From NCBI GenBank assembly GCA_043811375.1, contig JBDRNJ010000039.1, positions 1 through 64,000 of the forward strand: DNA of 64,000 nucleotides. Reading direction: 5' to 3'. The first letter of the stretch is position 1. Every line of letters starts with the position of its first letter. A model generated the notes under the pieces. It saw nothing but the letters and a program-made list of their open reading frames with translations. It made no database searches and was not told the DNA's origin. Positions 19,720-29,973 of the stretch are shown in pieces. The translations under genes were made by a program, and so were the position numbers. The stretch is from a bacterium (GTDB lineage Bacteria > Zixibacteria > MSB-5A5 > GN15 > FEB-12).

Positions 19720-20196
19720 CTAGCACGGTGGTGGCGCCGGGCCGCCCTGGAATAAGTAAGCTACCAGATACGTCAGGTCACCAACGTCTATGCTGCCGCT
19801 GCCGTCGACATCACCCTCTTCCGGGCATGGCGGTGCCGGACCGCCCTGGAAGAGATACGCCACCAGGTAGGTCAGGTCACCTACATCTATACTGCCGGTG
19901 TTGTCAACGTCACCCCGCTTGTCGCAGCAACCACCCATACCCGGCCAGAAGCCGGAGCTAACTCCGTAGTTGGTCGAGCTGCCGCTGCCGATAGCCGCCT
20001 GACCCACTGTTCCATTGAGTCCGAAGCTGGCGGATGTGCCTTTGGTGCCGCCGGATGAGATTACCTGCCAGTTGATCTCCTCGCCGGTGGCGGGTTTAGA
20101 AGTTGATGACTTGGTAGTATCAGCGGTAAGGCCGATGTGCGAAATTAAGAGGGTTATAGCTGACAACGAAGTCACTATGATCATGTTCATTTTCAT
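19720..20196 (-). CDS. Small secreted protein: 'INW..SGG...TVGQ...SGFW' domain + dockerin-like duplicated Ca-binding module
   Basis: GGAGGA RBS, signal peptide, two copies of GDVD..GSIDVGDLTYLVAYLFQGGPAPPC. Confidence 0.8.
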   Translation of the reverse strand: MKMNMIIVTSLSAITLLISHIGLTADTTKSSTSKPATGEEINWQVISSGGTKGTSASFGLNGTVGQAAIGSGSSTNYGVSSGFWPGMGGCCDKRGDVDNTGSIDVGDLTYLVAYLFQGGPAPPCPEEGDVDGSGSIDVGDLTYLVAYLFQGGPAPPPC

Positions 20197-20328
20197 TCTC
20201 TGATCCTCCAATCAACTTACTCATGTCAAATTAAGTAGGTCAAAACTACTGTAGTTTTGATATGTTCTTTGTCTGCTGGCCAAATCTGATTTCTTATATA
20301 GAGAATATGTGTTGTTCAGCTAATGTGA

Positions 20329-22362
20329 TTATTCCTTCTCCCAGCTTTCCATTAAAAACGACTCGCCAGTGATTTCTTCAATTTTGCGAACCAGCTTTTC
20401 CATATCTACTTTGACGACACGTCCGGTCTTCACGTTTTTGGAATAGAAAATCCACTCACCGGTTGCGGGGTCATGAGGGGACAATTGTGTGCTGTTGCCC
20501 GCTGCATCCAGGGCAAACAATTCGCCCCCGCTGGAATAAACGCCGGAGTGACCGGTCGATGCCGAAGGAGCGGCAGCATCTTCCATCATAACCGGGCCAG
20601 ATACTTCTAATGGATAGGCCGGACTGGCCGTCCCGATACCGACGTTGTGATTATCATCAAGAAACAAAATGTTATTTGCGAAACCACTTCCACCGCTACC
20701 AGTGGGTTTCCAGAAATTAAGCCCTCCGCCACCGAGACTAGCCGGCCAGTATTGTATTCCCCATTCTCCAAACGTGGTTGTAGGGGCAGCCACATTCTCT
20801 TGCCCGAAAAACAAAGAAGTATTGCCGTTGGGACCAGGCAGGAGGGAATTGAAAATAGAAATACTTCCATCTACACGAAGTTGTGCAACAGCGGTTATTG
20901 TGGCGTCGCCTACGATGTTTACACCACCAGTTGCACGAATACGGAACTGATTATCGCGGGTGGAAGAGAACGTTCCTGTGGCATCATTCCAGACAAAACT
21001 TCCGAGGTTGCTGGCTGTCGCCTGCTGGCCGGCGGCGAAAGAAAAATCGCCACTGGCGGTGTTCTCCAATCCTCCCGGCACGGTTGCGTAGCGCCCTTTG
21101 ACGTAGTTGCTATCACCGCCACCAATAGTGCCATACCGTCCGCCATAGTCAATTTGATTAGAAAGACCGCCGCCCACGAAAGCATACGGGGCGTTGGTAA
21201 TGTTGTTCGCCCCGCCGGCTATCGTCCCGCCGGAATCGCCGACGAGATTTGACATGCCGCCGCCAACCGTACCCCATTCGGCCTGCATGTACACATAGTT
21301 TGTGTCTCCGCCGCCAACGGTGCCGGCATCATTTTCAACCCTGTTCCAACGGCCACCGCTAATAGTAGCGGCTTCACCCAGAGCTTCATTCCCACGACCA
21401 CCACCGATGGTCGCACGATGTGCTGTGGCGTGGTTTTGAAGTCCACCGCTGATGGTGATGTTGTTAGCGTTCGAAATGTTGTCATCATCGGTACCCGCTA
21501 CGTTATATGCACCACCTCCGATAAAACAGTGCTCGTCAAAAATAGTGTCGAAGGAACCACCGCCAATAACGCCCCCCTTGCCTTCTATGTAGTTATAAGC
21601 GCCAGCGCCGATAAACGACATACGACCACTGTCGACAGCAACGGGGGGACGGGGAGAGCCAATTAAGTTCTGGTAACCACCTGCAATTGCGGAGAAGTGA
21701 CCGTAAGCCTTGTTGATGTAACCTCCACTGATCGTGGAGGCTTCACCTTCGGCGACATGCTGGAAACCACCACCAATTGTTACATATTCTGGATTATCAG
21801 CAGTACTACCAGTAGAACTATTTACACCAAGATTGACATGGGTGAAGTCGTTGCTCCCGAGCAGACTCGCACCAAAACGGGCTATTCCCCAGTTATCCTG
21901 GGTGAAGAGGATATCATCGTTCGGAAGGACACCGAGCTCCCAGTCACCATCCCAGGCGCCCCAGAAAGCATAAGGTACCGTTGTTAGTCTTGTGCGGGGG
22001 GAGATTTCCGGGTCAACGCCCCACGTGCCTACTGTAATTCCGAGGTATCTCTCAGGATCGCTGAATACTGAAGCGGTGACTGGATCGGCCGGGGTTCCTT
22101 GTCCAAGGGTAACGCTGAACAGGCCGTTTGTGACGGCTACAGTAGGGTGGATTTCCGGTCCCCACTTAACCGTTCCGGGTAGGTCATAGATGCAGAAATC
22201 CAGCCTATAGTTGCCGTCGGGGACGGGATTACCGGTAATGGCATCAGTCGCCAGCCCCTGATAGCTCATTAACTTCGGCACGTCCGCGTTGACGAACGGC
22301 GCTACTGCCATCGCCAGGAATGCGGCGACCAAAAACGTGGTGATTGTCGTACTGCGTTTCAT
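20329..22362 (-). CDS. Secreted fibre/adhesin-like protein with Gly-rich beta-roll repeats
   Basis: GGAG RBS before MKRSTT, signal peptide, N-terminal SYQG...NGLFSVTLG...PRTRLTTVPYA domain, many (T/V/F)(I/V)(G/S)GG..N repeats, NVGIGTASP motif. Confidence 0.8.
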   Translation of the reverse strand: MKRSTTITTFLVAAFLAMAVAPFVNADVPKLMSYQGLATDAITGNPVPDGNYRLDFCIYDLPGTVKWGPEIHPTVAVTNGLFSVTLGQGTPADPVTASVFSDPERYLGITVGTWGVDPEISPRTRLTTVPYAFWGAWDGDWELGVLPNDDILFTQDNWGIARFGASLLGSNDFTHVNLGVNSSTGSTADNPEYVTIGGGFQHVAEGEASTISGGYINKAYGHFSAIAGGYQNLIGSPRPPVAVDSGRMSFIGAGAYNYIEGKGGVIGGGSFDTIFDEHCFIGGGAYNVAGTDDDNISNANNITISGGLQNHATAHRATIGGGRGNEALGEAATISGGRWNRVENDAGTVGGGDTNYVYMQAEWGTVGGGMSNLVGDSGGTIAGGANNITNAPYAFVGGGLSNQIDYGGRYGTIGGGDSNYVKGRYATVPGGLENTASGDFSFAAGQQATASNLGSFVWNDATGTFSSTRDNQFRIRATGGVNIVGDATITAVAQLRVDGSISIFNSLLPGPNGNTSLFFGQENVAAPTTTFGEWGIQYWPASLGGGGLNFWKPTGSGGSGFANNILFLDDNHNVGIGTASPAYPLEVSGPVMMEDAAAPSASTGHSGVYSSGGELFALDAAGNSTQLSPHDPATGEWIFYSKNVKTGRVVKVDMEKLVRKIEEITGESFLMESWEKE

Positions 22363-22859
22363 TGTTTTTTCTCCAGTTTGTTTGTGTGAATTTCCTGCTG
22401 AATTCCATCGTTTACGGGCTTTGAATGCGCGTTGTTCTTCAAGCACCATAGTCCGGAAGAACCACTCCGCGCTGTGGCCTGGTTCGGTGAATCTTTCGCC
22501 GATTCCGGTGAGTAATTCCTCGCTCACGACTCATTCTCCCTTCAGGGTCTGTTTGTTGCGTTGACGTCGACCGCGATCTGAGGTTCTCGACGGTAATTTC
22601 GATTTCCAACCTTCACCTCGTCGGTGTTTTGCTTCATCCTCCGTCTCCTTTCTGCCGCTGAGGGCGTTTTATCTGTATTGTTTTCCATCATCATTTTCCC
22701 CTTCTGCGGTATAGTGCCCGATCCCGCCAAAGTGTGACACACACAGTGTGATTTACCTGATTGATTTGTCTGATTGTTGCCGATGAGATTGCCACGTCGC
22801 TGCGCTCCTGGCTATAACGCACAAAGATTGGGTGCGCGTCCACATGCGCCGCGATATAT

Positions 22860-22881
22860 CGGCAGATGTGGACATCTGCCG
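22860..22881. repeat. REP-like palindrome family B, copy 3
   Basis: CGGCAGATGTGGACATCTGCCG, identical to 18029-18050. Confidence 0.8.
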
Positions 22882-23304
22882 GTCACAGAAACAGCGTGGA
22901 TTCTGCCTGCGCGGTAAGTGAATGTTACAGAATGTCCTTCTAATGCTATCATCAACACTGTTGCCTGCTAAGCGAGGTTAGTATCCCGCTGACAACCCTA
23001 TAGGCAAAGTATACTGTGTGATCGACCATTTGGCAAGGGATTTCTGGTGGTAGGCAGTCTGGGTAGGTCGGAACCCCTGTGGTTCTGACTGTGTACCGCG
23101 ATCAAAGATCGCAACCACACGGGCTGACTACAACTGACGCCGCCGTCGCCAGAAAGTGTTTGACGGCATCGCCGTTATGAGTGACATTACAATACGGGTC
23201 CGACGCCGCAAGGCAGGTGTTACCCTCATTCGTCCCTCGCCATTGCCGCGAGGTGTGTTAATCCGGCCTGATGTGGCCCCATGTGAAAGAGAAACGAGTT
23301 CCTT

Positions 23305-26300
23305 TTGAAATTCGCCAATTTCGTACATGTGCATACGCACAGCCAGTACTCGCTTTTGGACGGCGCCTGCCGTCTGGATGCGGTTATTGAACTGGCTCGC
23401 GAATATAAGATGCCGGCGCTGGCTATCACTGACCACGGCAACATGTTCGGTGCCGTTGAGTTCTACCGCAAGGCCACCAAAGCTGGCATCAAACCGATTA
23501 TCGGCAGTGAGGTCTATATCGCCGGCGGCAGCCGCTTCGAGAAGAAGCCGTCGAACAAATACCCCGACAGCGGCTTTCACCTGGTCCTGCTGGTAAAAAA
23601 CCTGACCGGCTACAAGAACCTGATGAAGCTCAGTTCGGCCGGGTACCTGGAAGGGTTTTACCACCGACCGCGTATCGACAAACAACTGCTGCGCGAACAT
23701 GCCGAAGGATTGATCGCGACGTCCGCCTGCCTTAAAGGGGAAGTCAACTGGCATCTTCTGCGTGGTGATACCGAGACGGCCGTGCAGACGGCACTGGAAC
23801 TGCAAACAATTTTCGGCGAGGGGAATTTCTACCTGGAGATTCAGGATCACGGACTGGAGAAGCAGCAGTTATTGATTCCCAAGATTGACGCTATCTCACG
23901 TGAGACCGGTATACCGCTGGTGGCCACCAACGACTGTCATTACTTGCACCAACAGGACAGTGAGGCTCATGACGCGCTGCTGTGTATTCAGACGGGCAAA
24001 AACGTGTCCGACACTGACAGGATGCGTTACAGCAGCAATCAATTGTATTTCAAATCGCCGGACGAAATGAAACAATTGTTTACTGATTTCCCGCATGCTC
24101 TCGAAAACACGATTCGGATCGCAGAGGCCTGCAACCTGGAACTAAACCTGGGGAGATTACTGTTGCCGGTTTTTCCCATCCCATCATTGTATGCCGACGC
24201 CGATACCTACCTGCGGCATCTCTGTGAGGAAGGCGTTCGTCAGCGTTACCCGGACGTGACTGACGAGATTCGACAGCGCCTCGACTACGAATTGGGAATT
24301 ATCAAGCAGATGGGTTACGCGGGGTATTTCATGATCGTGAAAGATTTCTGCGATTTCGCCCGCAACCAGGAAATCCCGGTCGGTCCCGGTCGGGGATCGG
24401 CGGCCGGTTCCCTGGTGTCGTATACTCTTAAGATAACCAATATCGACCCGCTTGCTTTTGGCCTGTTGTTTGAGCGGTTTCTCAACCCGGAACGAATTTC
24501 GATGCCTGATATCGATATCGATTTCTCCGACCGCGGCCGCGACCGGATTATCCGTTACGTGATTGAAAAATACGGCGCCGACAACGTCTGCCAGATCATC
24601 ACTTTCGGCACCATGGCGGCCCGGGCGGCGGTACGCGACGTGGGACGGGTGCTGGCCATCCCCTACAGCGAGGTCGACAAAATCGCCAAGATGATCCCGC
24701 TGGCGGTCGATATGACGCTCAAGCGGGCATTGAAGCAGTCATCGGAACTGGCCGAACTGGTCAAAAGTGATCCCCGCATTAAGAAACTGATCAGCATCTC
24801 GCAAACGCTGGAAGGGCTGGCCCGGCACTGCTCCACCCATGCCGCCGGGGTCGTTATCGCACCGTCGGCATTGACCAACTACGTGCCGCTTTTCAGAGGT
24901 TCCCGCGACGAAGTCACCACCCAGTACGATATGAAGATAGTCGAGCAGGTGGGGCTGCTGAAGATGGACTTTCTGGGTCTGCGAACGCTGACGGTTATCG
25001 ACGACACTATTCGCATGGTCCGTCAGAACCATGATGGCCGGGTGGTAGACATCGAGGCCATAACTCTGGATGACGCCGGCGTGTACGAGTTGTTTGCCCA
25101 CGCCGATACTATCGGCATCTTCCAGTTTGAATCATCGGGGATGCGTGACTATCTGCGCAAGCTCGGCCCGGAAAAATTCACCGACCTGACCGTCATGAAC
25201 GCCCTGTACCGTCCCGGTCCGCTCGACTCAGGAATGATCGACACTTACATCAAGCGCAAGAAAGGCACCCAGAACATTAGCTACCTGCATCCTGTTCTCG
25301 AGGAAATCCTGTCCGACACATACGGGGTTATCGTCTTTCAGGAGCAGGTGCTTAAAATTGCCAATGCGCTGGCCGGTTACTCGATGGGCAAGGCCGACCT
25401 GTTGCGGAAGGCGATGGGCAAGAAAGATGCGGCCCTGATGGCCGCTCAGAAGAAGGAGTTTCTGGAAGGCGCCCGGAAGAACAAGGTTGACCCGAAGGCC
25501 GCCGAGGAAGTCTTTCACCAGATCGAGACTTTCGCCCGCTACGGCTTCAACAAAGCTCATTCGACATCATACGCATATATTGCCTACCAGACCGCCTGGC
25601 TGAAGCGATACTTTCCGAGAGAATTTATGGCCGCCCTGATGAGTTCCGAGATAAATGACACCGATCGCATATACGTTTTGCTGGAGGAATGCCGTCGGAT
25701 GGGAATCAGGGTGCTGCCCCCGGAGATCAACGAATCCGGTATCGATTTCACGGTCGTCGATGATAAAATCCGTTTCGGTTTGCAGGCAATCAAGAACGTC
25801 GGCGGAAGTGCCGCCCAAGCGATTGTTGAACAGCGGCAGGAGCAGGACCGCTATAACGACCTGGCTGATCTGGCCGCTCGACTACCGTTGCGTACCCTCA
25901 ATCGTCGTTCCCTGGAGGCACTCATCGGCTCCGGCGCCTGCGATTCACTGACCGGCAGCAGGGCGCAAAAGCACGCGGCGGTGGAGCACATGCTGGAGTT
26001 TGGGCATCGTGTCGCCCAGCAGGCCGCCAGTCATGATCTGTTTGCTGTCGAGGGCAGCCGGGTTAAACGGGTTGCTCCCGAACTACCGGCGGTGGACGAA
26101 TGGTCCAGCTCGCGAAAGCTCACCGAAGAAAAGACCATGCTGGGGTTTTATATCTCCGGCCACCCGCTGGATCGATACCGTGATGAACTTAAATCTTTTG
26201 CCACCCATACTACCAGCAACCTGTCTGAAGCCAGCGATGGCCGGGAAGTAACGATCGGCGGCATAATCACGGCCATCAAGGAAATGCTGGACAAGAGGGG

Positions 26301-26760
26301 TAATATGATGGCTTTTGTTACTCTCGAGGACTACAGCGGTAGTGTGGAAATGATCCTGTTTTCCGACTGCTACGAAAAAAGCCGGGAGTCTGTAAGTACC
26401 GACCGGCTGGTGTTGGTAACGGGAAGGGTCTCGACCCGGGAAGGGGAAGCCCCCAAAGTGATCGGCGCTGAGGTGTTGCCGCTGGAGAAACTGATGGAAC
26501 GATTCAATTGCCAACTGGTTATAAAGATCGATGTAAACTGCTCCGATACTCTGGTTGATACGGCGCTGGCTTCCCTGGAGCGATTTCGAGGAGCCACTCC
26601 GGTTTTGCTGTTGACACGTGAAAATGGTACTGAAGTGTATATAAGGTCCAGGAAGTACGCCGTAAATCTTGATTTCAAGCTGCTCAACCATTTGAAGGAG
26701 TTGCTGGGTGAAAGCGGTGCTTTCGTGCGACCGCTCACCAGAAAAGAGAATCATACTTAG
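23305..26760 (+). CDS. dnaE: DNA polymerase III alpha subunit
   Basis: PHP domain HVHTHSQYSLLDG/TDHG, GPGRGSAAGS, MPDIDIDF, KMDFLGL, YGFNKAH, OB fold; TTG start; no intein. Confidence 0.99.
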   Translation: MKFANFVHVHTHSQYSLLDGACRLDAVIELAREYKMPALAITDHGNMFGAVEFYRKATKAGIKPIIGSEVYIAGGSRFEKKPSNKYPDSGFHLVLLVKNLTGYKNLMKLSSAGYLEGFYHRPRIDKQLLREHAEGLIATSACLKGEVNWHLLRGDTETAVQTALELQTIFGEGNFYLEIQDHGLEKQQLLIPKIDAISRETGIPLVATNDCHYLHQQDSEAHDALLCIQTGKNVSDTDRMRYSSNQLYFKSPDEMKQLFTDFPHALENTIRIAEACNLELNLGRLLLPVFPIPSLYADADTYLRHLCEEGVRQRYPDVTDEIRQRLDYELGIIKQMGYAGYFMIVKDFCDFARNQEIPVGPGRGSAAGSLVSYTLKITNIDPLAFGLLFERFLNPERISMPDIDIDFSDRGRDRIIRYVIEKYGADNVCQIITFGTMAARAAVRDVGRVLAIPYSEVDKIAKMIPLAVDMTLKRALKQSSELAELVKSDPRIKKLISISQTLEGLARHCSTHAAGVVIAPSALTNYVPLFRGSRDEVTTQYDMKIVEQVGLLKMDFLGLRTLTVIDDTIRMVRQNHDGRVVDIEAITLDDAGVYELFAHADTIGIFQFESSGMRDYLRKLGPEKFTDLTVMNALYRPGPLDSGMIDTYIKRKKGTQNISYLHPVLEEILSDTYGVIVFQEQVLKIANALAGYSMGKADLLRKAMGKKDAALMAAQKKEFLEGARKNKVDPKAAEEVFHQIETFARYGFNKAHSTSYAYIAYQTAWLKRYFPREFMAALMSSEINDTDRIYVLLEECRRMGIRVLPPEINESGIDFTVVDDKIRFGLQAIKNVGGSAAQAIVEQRQEQDRYNDLADLAARLPLRTLNRRSLEALIGSGACDSLTGSRAQKHAAVEHMLEFGHRVAQQAASHDLFAVEGSRVKRVAPELPAVDEWSSSRKLTEEKTMLGFYISGHPLDRYRDELKSFATHTTSNLSEASDGREVTIGGIITAIKEMLDKRGNMMAFVTLEDYSGSVEMILFSDCYEKSRESVSTDRLVLVTGRVSTREGEAPKVIGAEVLPLEKLMERFNCQLVIKIDVNCSDTLVDTALASLERFRGATPVLLLTRENGTEVYIRSRKYAVNLDFKLLNHLKELLGESGAFVRPLTRKENHT

Positions 26761-26777
26761 TCCAGACGGAGATCACC

Positions 26778-27332
26778 ATGAGATCGACCAGACTTTTCAT
26801 CTTACCGTTGTTGATAGTAACTTTACTCGCTCTGACAGCAGCCAAAGAGTCGGGGCAGGCAGCAGACAATAAGCAGCTCGGTTCTAAAGAAACCACCACC
26901 AGGAAGATTGACTGGCAAGCCTATGACATCGGACTGTCCAAGGCCAAGGTCAACAATAAGCATGTGTTTATCGATTTCACGGCCGAGTGGTGCGGCTGGT
27001 GCAAAAAGATGGATCGGGAGACCTTCGCCGATCCCAAAGTGGTAGACATGCTCAATGAGTACTTTGTCCCGATCAAGGTTGACGGTGACTCCAAGCACGA
27101 ACTGCTTATAGACGGTTACAAGATTACGGAGAAGAACCTCGCCCGGAATGAATACGGTGTAAGATCATACCCAATTTATTGGGTTTTAGAATCGGACGGG
27201 ACCAAGCTTACCTATATCAAAGGCTACAAGCCGGTTGACTACATGATGGAGGTGCTGGAGTATATCAAGGATCGACGTTACGACAGCACCAGTACCGAGA
27301 CACCCGAACAGAAGAAGAAGTCCAGTAACTGA
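26778..27332 (+). CDS. Periplasmic thioredoxin-like protein
   Basis: Signal peptide, DFTAEWCGWCKKM CxxC motif. Confidence 0.88.
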   Translation: MRSTRLFILPLLIVTLLALTAAKESGQAADNKQLGSKETTTRKIDWQAYDIGLSKAKVNNKHVFIDFTAEWCGWCKKMDRETFADPKVVDMLNEYFVPIKVDGDSKHELLIDGYKITEKNLARNEYGVRSYPIYWVLESDGTKLTYIKGYKPVDYMMEVLEYIKDRRYDSTSTETPEQKKKSSN

Positions 27333-27370
27333 TCCCGGCAGCAAGTATCACTTTCGACAGTGACTCAGTT

Positions 27371-27934
27371 ATGGGAGTTGATCGCATCCACCTCTTCGGC
27401 GCTGCTGGTTCGGGTACAACAACGATGGGGCGAGCCCTGGCACAGCATCTGCACTTCCCCCATTTCGACACCGATGACTACTTCTGGCTGCCGACCAACC
27501 CGCCATACCATGAGGTTCGAGACGCGGCAGAGAGACAAACCTTGCTGGCGCGAGATTTACAAAGTCGCGAAAAGTGGGTGCTCTCGGGCAGTCTTTGCGG
27601 CTGGGGTGATGCCATGATACCTTTTTTCGACCTGACTGTTTTCCTGCTGGTACCCACAGATACGCGATTATCACGTCTGGCCGCCAGAGAGGAGCAACGT
27701 TTCGGTGAGGCGCTGCAGCCAGACGGCCCCATGTACGACCACCACCGGCAGTTCATGCAGTGGGCGGCAGACTATGACGACGGAGGCCTGGATATGAGAA
27801 GCCGCATGCGGCACGAGCAGCGGTTAGAGAATCTGCCCGGTCCGGTACTTCGTCTGGAAGGTGACGGCTCAGTCCGCCAATGGCTTGACAGAATACTGGC
27901 GGAACTAAACAGACTTCAAAGCCACCACCACTAA
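27371..27934 (+). CDS. Adenylate-kinase-like P-loop protein
   Basis: IHLFGAAGSGTTT, HFDTDDYFW, WVLSGS. Confidence 0.85.
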   Translation: MGVDRIHLFGAAGSGTTTMGRALAQHLHFPHFDTDDYFWLPTNPPYHEVRDAAERQTLLARDLQSREKWVLSGSLCGWGDAMIPFFDLTVFLLVPTDTRLSRLAAREEQRFGEALQPDGPMYDHHRQFMQWAADYDDGGLDMRSRMRHEQRLENLPGPVLRLEGDGSVRQWLDRILAELNRLQSHHH

Positions 27935-28034
27935 GTTGATCGCTGAAACATAGGCGCACCCGTCGCAGAAACCTACTGAGCTATTTTATAAGTCTCAACC
28001 CCAAACAAGTTTGTGGTTGCCACCTGCCGCTCTA

Positions 28035-28874
28035 TCATACCATTCCCTTCAGAAAGGCTGCCGCACACTGCGGCAAATCCGAGGAATAACCTCCCTCCAG
28101 TACGGCAAAAGTTGGCTGATCCAGTTTACGGATAGCTCGGCCGATTTTTCTGTAAGTCTCGATTTCGAGCTGCATATCAGTCAGCGGATCGCCACGGTAA
28201 GTGTCAAAACCGGCTGAGACAGCTATCAGGCCGGGATCGAATTGACGGACCTCATCCAGCGCCCGCTTGAAAACCGCCAGGTAGGCCGGCTCGACGGTCC
28301 CGGCCGGGAGTGGGAAATTGCGGCAGTTGTCGATTGACTCGTGACCGGTTCCCGGATAGAGTGGGCTCTGGTGCAGCGAGACATAAAGCACATCAGGACT
28401 GCCCATAAATATATCCTGGGTGCCGTTGCCGTGATGACAGTCAAAGTCGATGATAGCTGCCCGTCGCACCTGCGGCAGCGCTCGCGCCACAGCAATGGCG
28501 ATATTGTTGAAATAGCAAAAGCCACCCAAGAAATCTTTCCCGGCATGATGTCCCGGCGGCCTCAGCAGCGAAATAGCCGTCTCGCCCGCCAACGCCAGTT
28601 CACAGGCAGCAACGGCCCCGGCGGCAGCACGCATGGCGTGAACGTAGATATTCGGGTAGGCCGGTGAGTCGGCATCAAAGAAGTCCCCGCCTTTGACACT
28701 GTCCAGCAGCGACTGCGAGTGCACCCGCAGGATATCGGCTTCTTCAATCCTGCCCGGCGGCACTATTTCGAAACGATCTTTAAGGAAATTGTACGTCTCC
28801 CGCACCCTTTCGGGCGATTCGGGATGGCCCGCCTGCGAATACTGCAGGCAGTCTTCTGAAAATACGATTTTCAT
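28035..28874 (-). CDS. Histone deacetylase family (Zn-dependent amidohydrolase)
   Basis: [42 protein letters not shown]. Confidence 0.95.
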   Translation of the reverse strand: MKIVFSEDCLQYSQAGHPESPERVRETYNFLKDRFEIVPPGRIEEADILRVHSQSLLDSVKGGDFFDADSPAYPNIYVHAMRAAAGAVAACELALAGETAISLLRPPGHHAGKDFLGGFCYFNNIAIAVARALPQVRRAAIIDFDCHHGNGTQDIFMGSPDVLYVSLHQSPLYPGTGHESIDNCRNFPLPAGTVEPAYLAVFKRALDEVRQFDPGLIAVSAGFDTYRGDPLTDMQLEIETYRKIGRAIRKLDQPTFAVLEGGYSSDLPQCAAAFLKGMV

Positions 28875-29004
28875 CCTTCACCCATCATTGACTGCCAATC
28901 AACCGGCCCTCGAAAGTTACTGTATCGGCTGCAGTCGAACAAGCCCCACCGTCAATGATTGCTCTTGGAGGAAAGCTCGCCGTGACCTACATTTATGGAC
29001 AATC

Positions 29005-29931
29005 ATGGCTGATAAGGAACCAGGCATAGTCGTCGCCACCAGGGGACGCCACTTTGAAGTACGAGCCGCCGCCGGCGACCGCATCAAGTGCGAAGTGCGC
29101 AAGAAACTGAAATTCGCCGCTGATGCCACAACGCCGGTAGCGGTGGGTGATGACGTCATGTTTTCGCGCAGCCGCCACGGTTACGGGGCTATCGAGGAAG
29201 TCCTGGAACGGCGAACATCGTTCGTGCGGCCGATGGTCGGTTCCTTAACCCAGAAACAGGTGCTGGCAGCCAATCTCGATCGCCTGGCGGCGGTGGCATC
29301 GGTCACAGCACCGGCACTGAAAACCGGCCTGATTGATCGTTTTCTGATTGCCGCCCGGATCGGCGATCTGGAGCCTATTGTGATTATCAACAAGACCGAC
29401 CTTGGCCTGCCTGACAGATTCGAGCAGATCGTTGTCGCATACACGGCCGTGACCGAGGGAGTCTTTGCCGTTTCGGCTATCGACGGGAGTGGAATCGACG
29501 AGTTGAAACGGCAGCTTGCCGATCACCGAACACTTTTTGCCGGGCATTCCGGAGTGGGCAAATCGACATTGCTCAACGCCCTGATTCCCGGCCTGAATCT
29601 CAAGACCAGGGAAGTCTCGGCCTATAGTAAGCGGGGTAAGCATACGACGGCTTATATCGAGCTGTTCGAATTGCCCTCCGGCGGGTACGTGGTCGACTCG
29701 CCCGGATTGAAAGTGATGGGACTGTGGGATGTGGACCGGCAGGATTTGCCTTATTATTACCTGGAATTCCAGCCCCACGAGCAGGAATGCCGTTTTCAAC
29801 CCTGCAGCCATATCCATGAACCTGATTGCGCGGTCAAGGCGGCGGTCCGGCAGGGAGCAATCAGTCGCTTTCGATACGAGAATTATATCGCCATCGCCGC
29901 CTCGCTGGAAAGCGACCGGCCGGCCAATTGA
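29005..29931 (+). CDS. rsgA: Ribosome small subunit-dependent GTPase RsgA
   Basis: [28 protein letters not shown]-terminal C.F..C.H..EP.C zinc site; ATG 29005. Confidence 0.95.
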   Translation: MADKEPGIVVATRGRHFEVRAAAGDRIKCEVRKKLKFAADATTPVAVGDDVMFSRSRHGYGAIEEVLERRTSFVRPMVGSLTQKQVLAANLDRLAAVASVTAPALKTGLIDRFLIAARIGDLEPIVIINKTDLGLPDRFEQIVVAYTAVTEGVFAVSAIDGSGIDELKRQLADHRTLFAGHSGVGKSTLLNALIPGLNLKTREVSAYSKRGKHTTAYIELFELPSGGYVVDSPGLKVMGLWDVDRQDLPYYYLEFQPHEQECRFQPCSHIHEPDCAVKAAVRQGAISRFRYENYIAIAASLESDRPAN

Positions 29932-29973
29932 GTCAAATATCAAGTGTAACTTACCGATACTAAAGTAGATAGT

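Noticed and set aside
19720..19930. DGR template/variable repeat pair in the duplicated dockerin coding sequence (also the 306-bp repeats at 40825-41720)
   Set aside because: Differences are mostly synonymous and not adenine-specific, both copies are in-frame coding, and no reverse transcriptase is present
20329..22362. Prophage tail-fibre gene
   Set aside because: Has a Sec signal peptide and no neighbouring phage genes or integrase
23266..23296. Hammerhead ribozyme (CTGATG...GAAA)
   Set aside because: Core reads CUGAUGU rather than CUGANGA, and the three stems cannot be formed convincingly
23892..23907. Extra parS-like sites (TATCTCACGTGAGACC in dnaE; similar at about 4053-4068 and about 45847-45862)
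   Set aside because: Four or more mismatches to the consensus; the first two are explained by SRET codons
23305..26760. Inteins in dnaE or recA
   Set aside because: Both proteins are of normal length with continuous motifs
28693..29004. N-terminal extension of rsgA
   Set aside because: Overlaps the divergent deacetylase gene; RsgA similarity starts at ATG 29005
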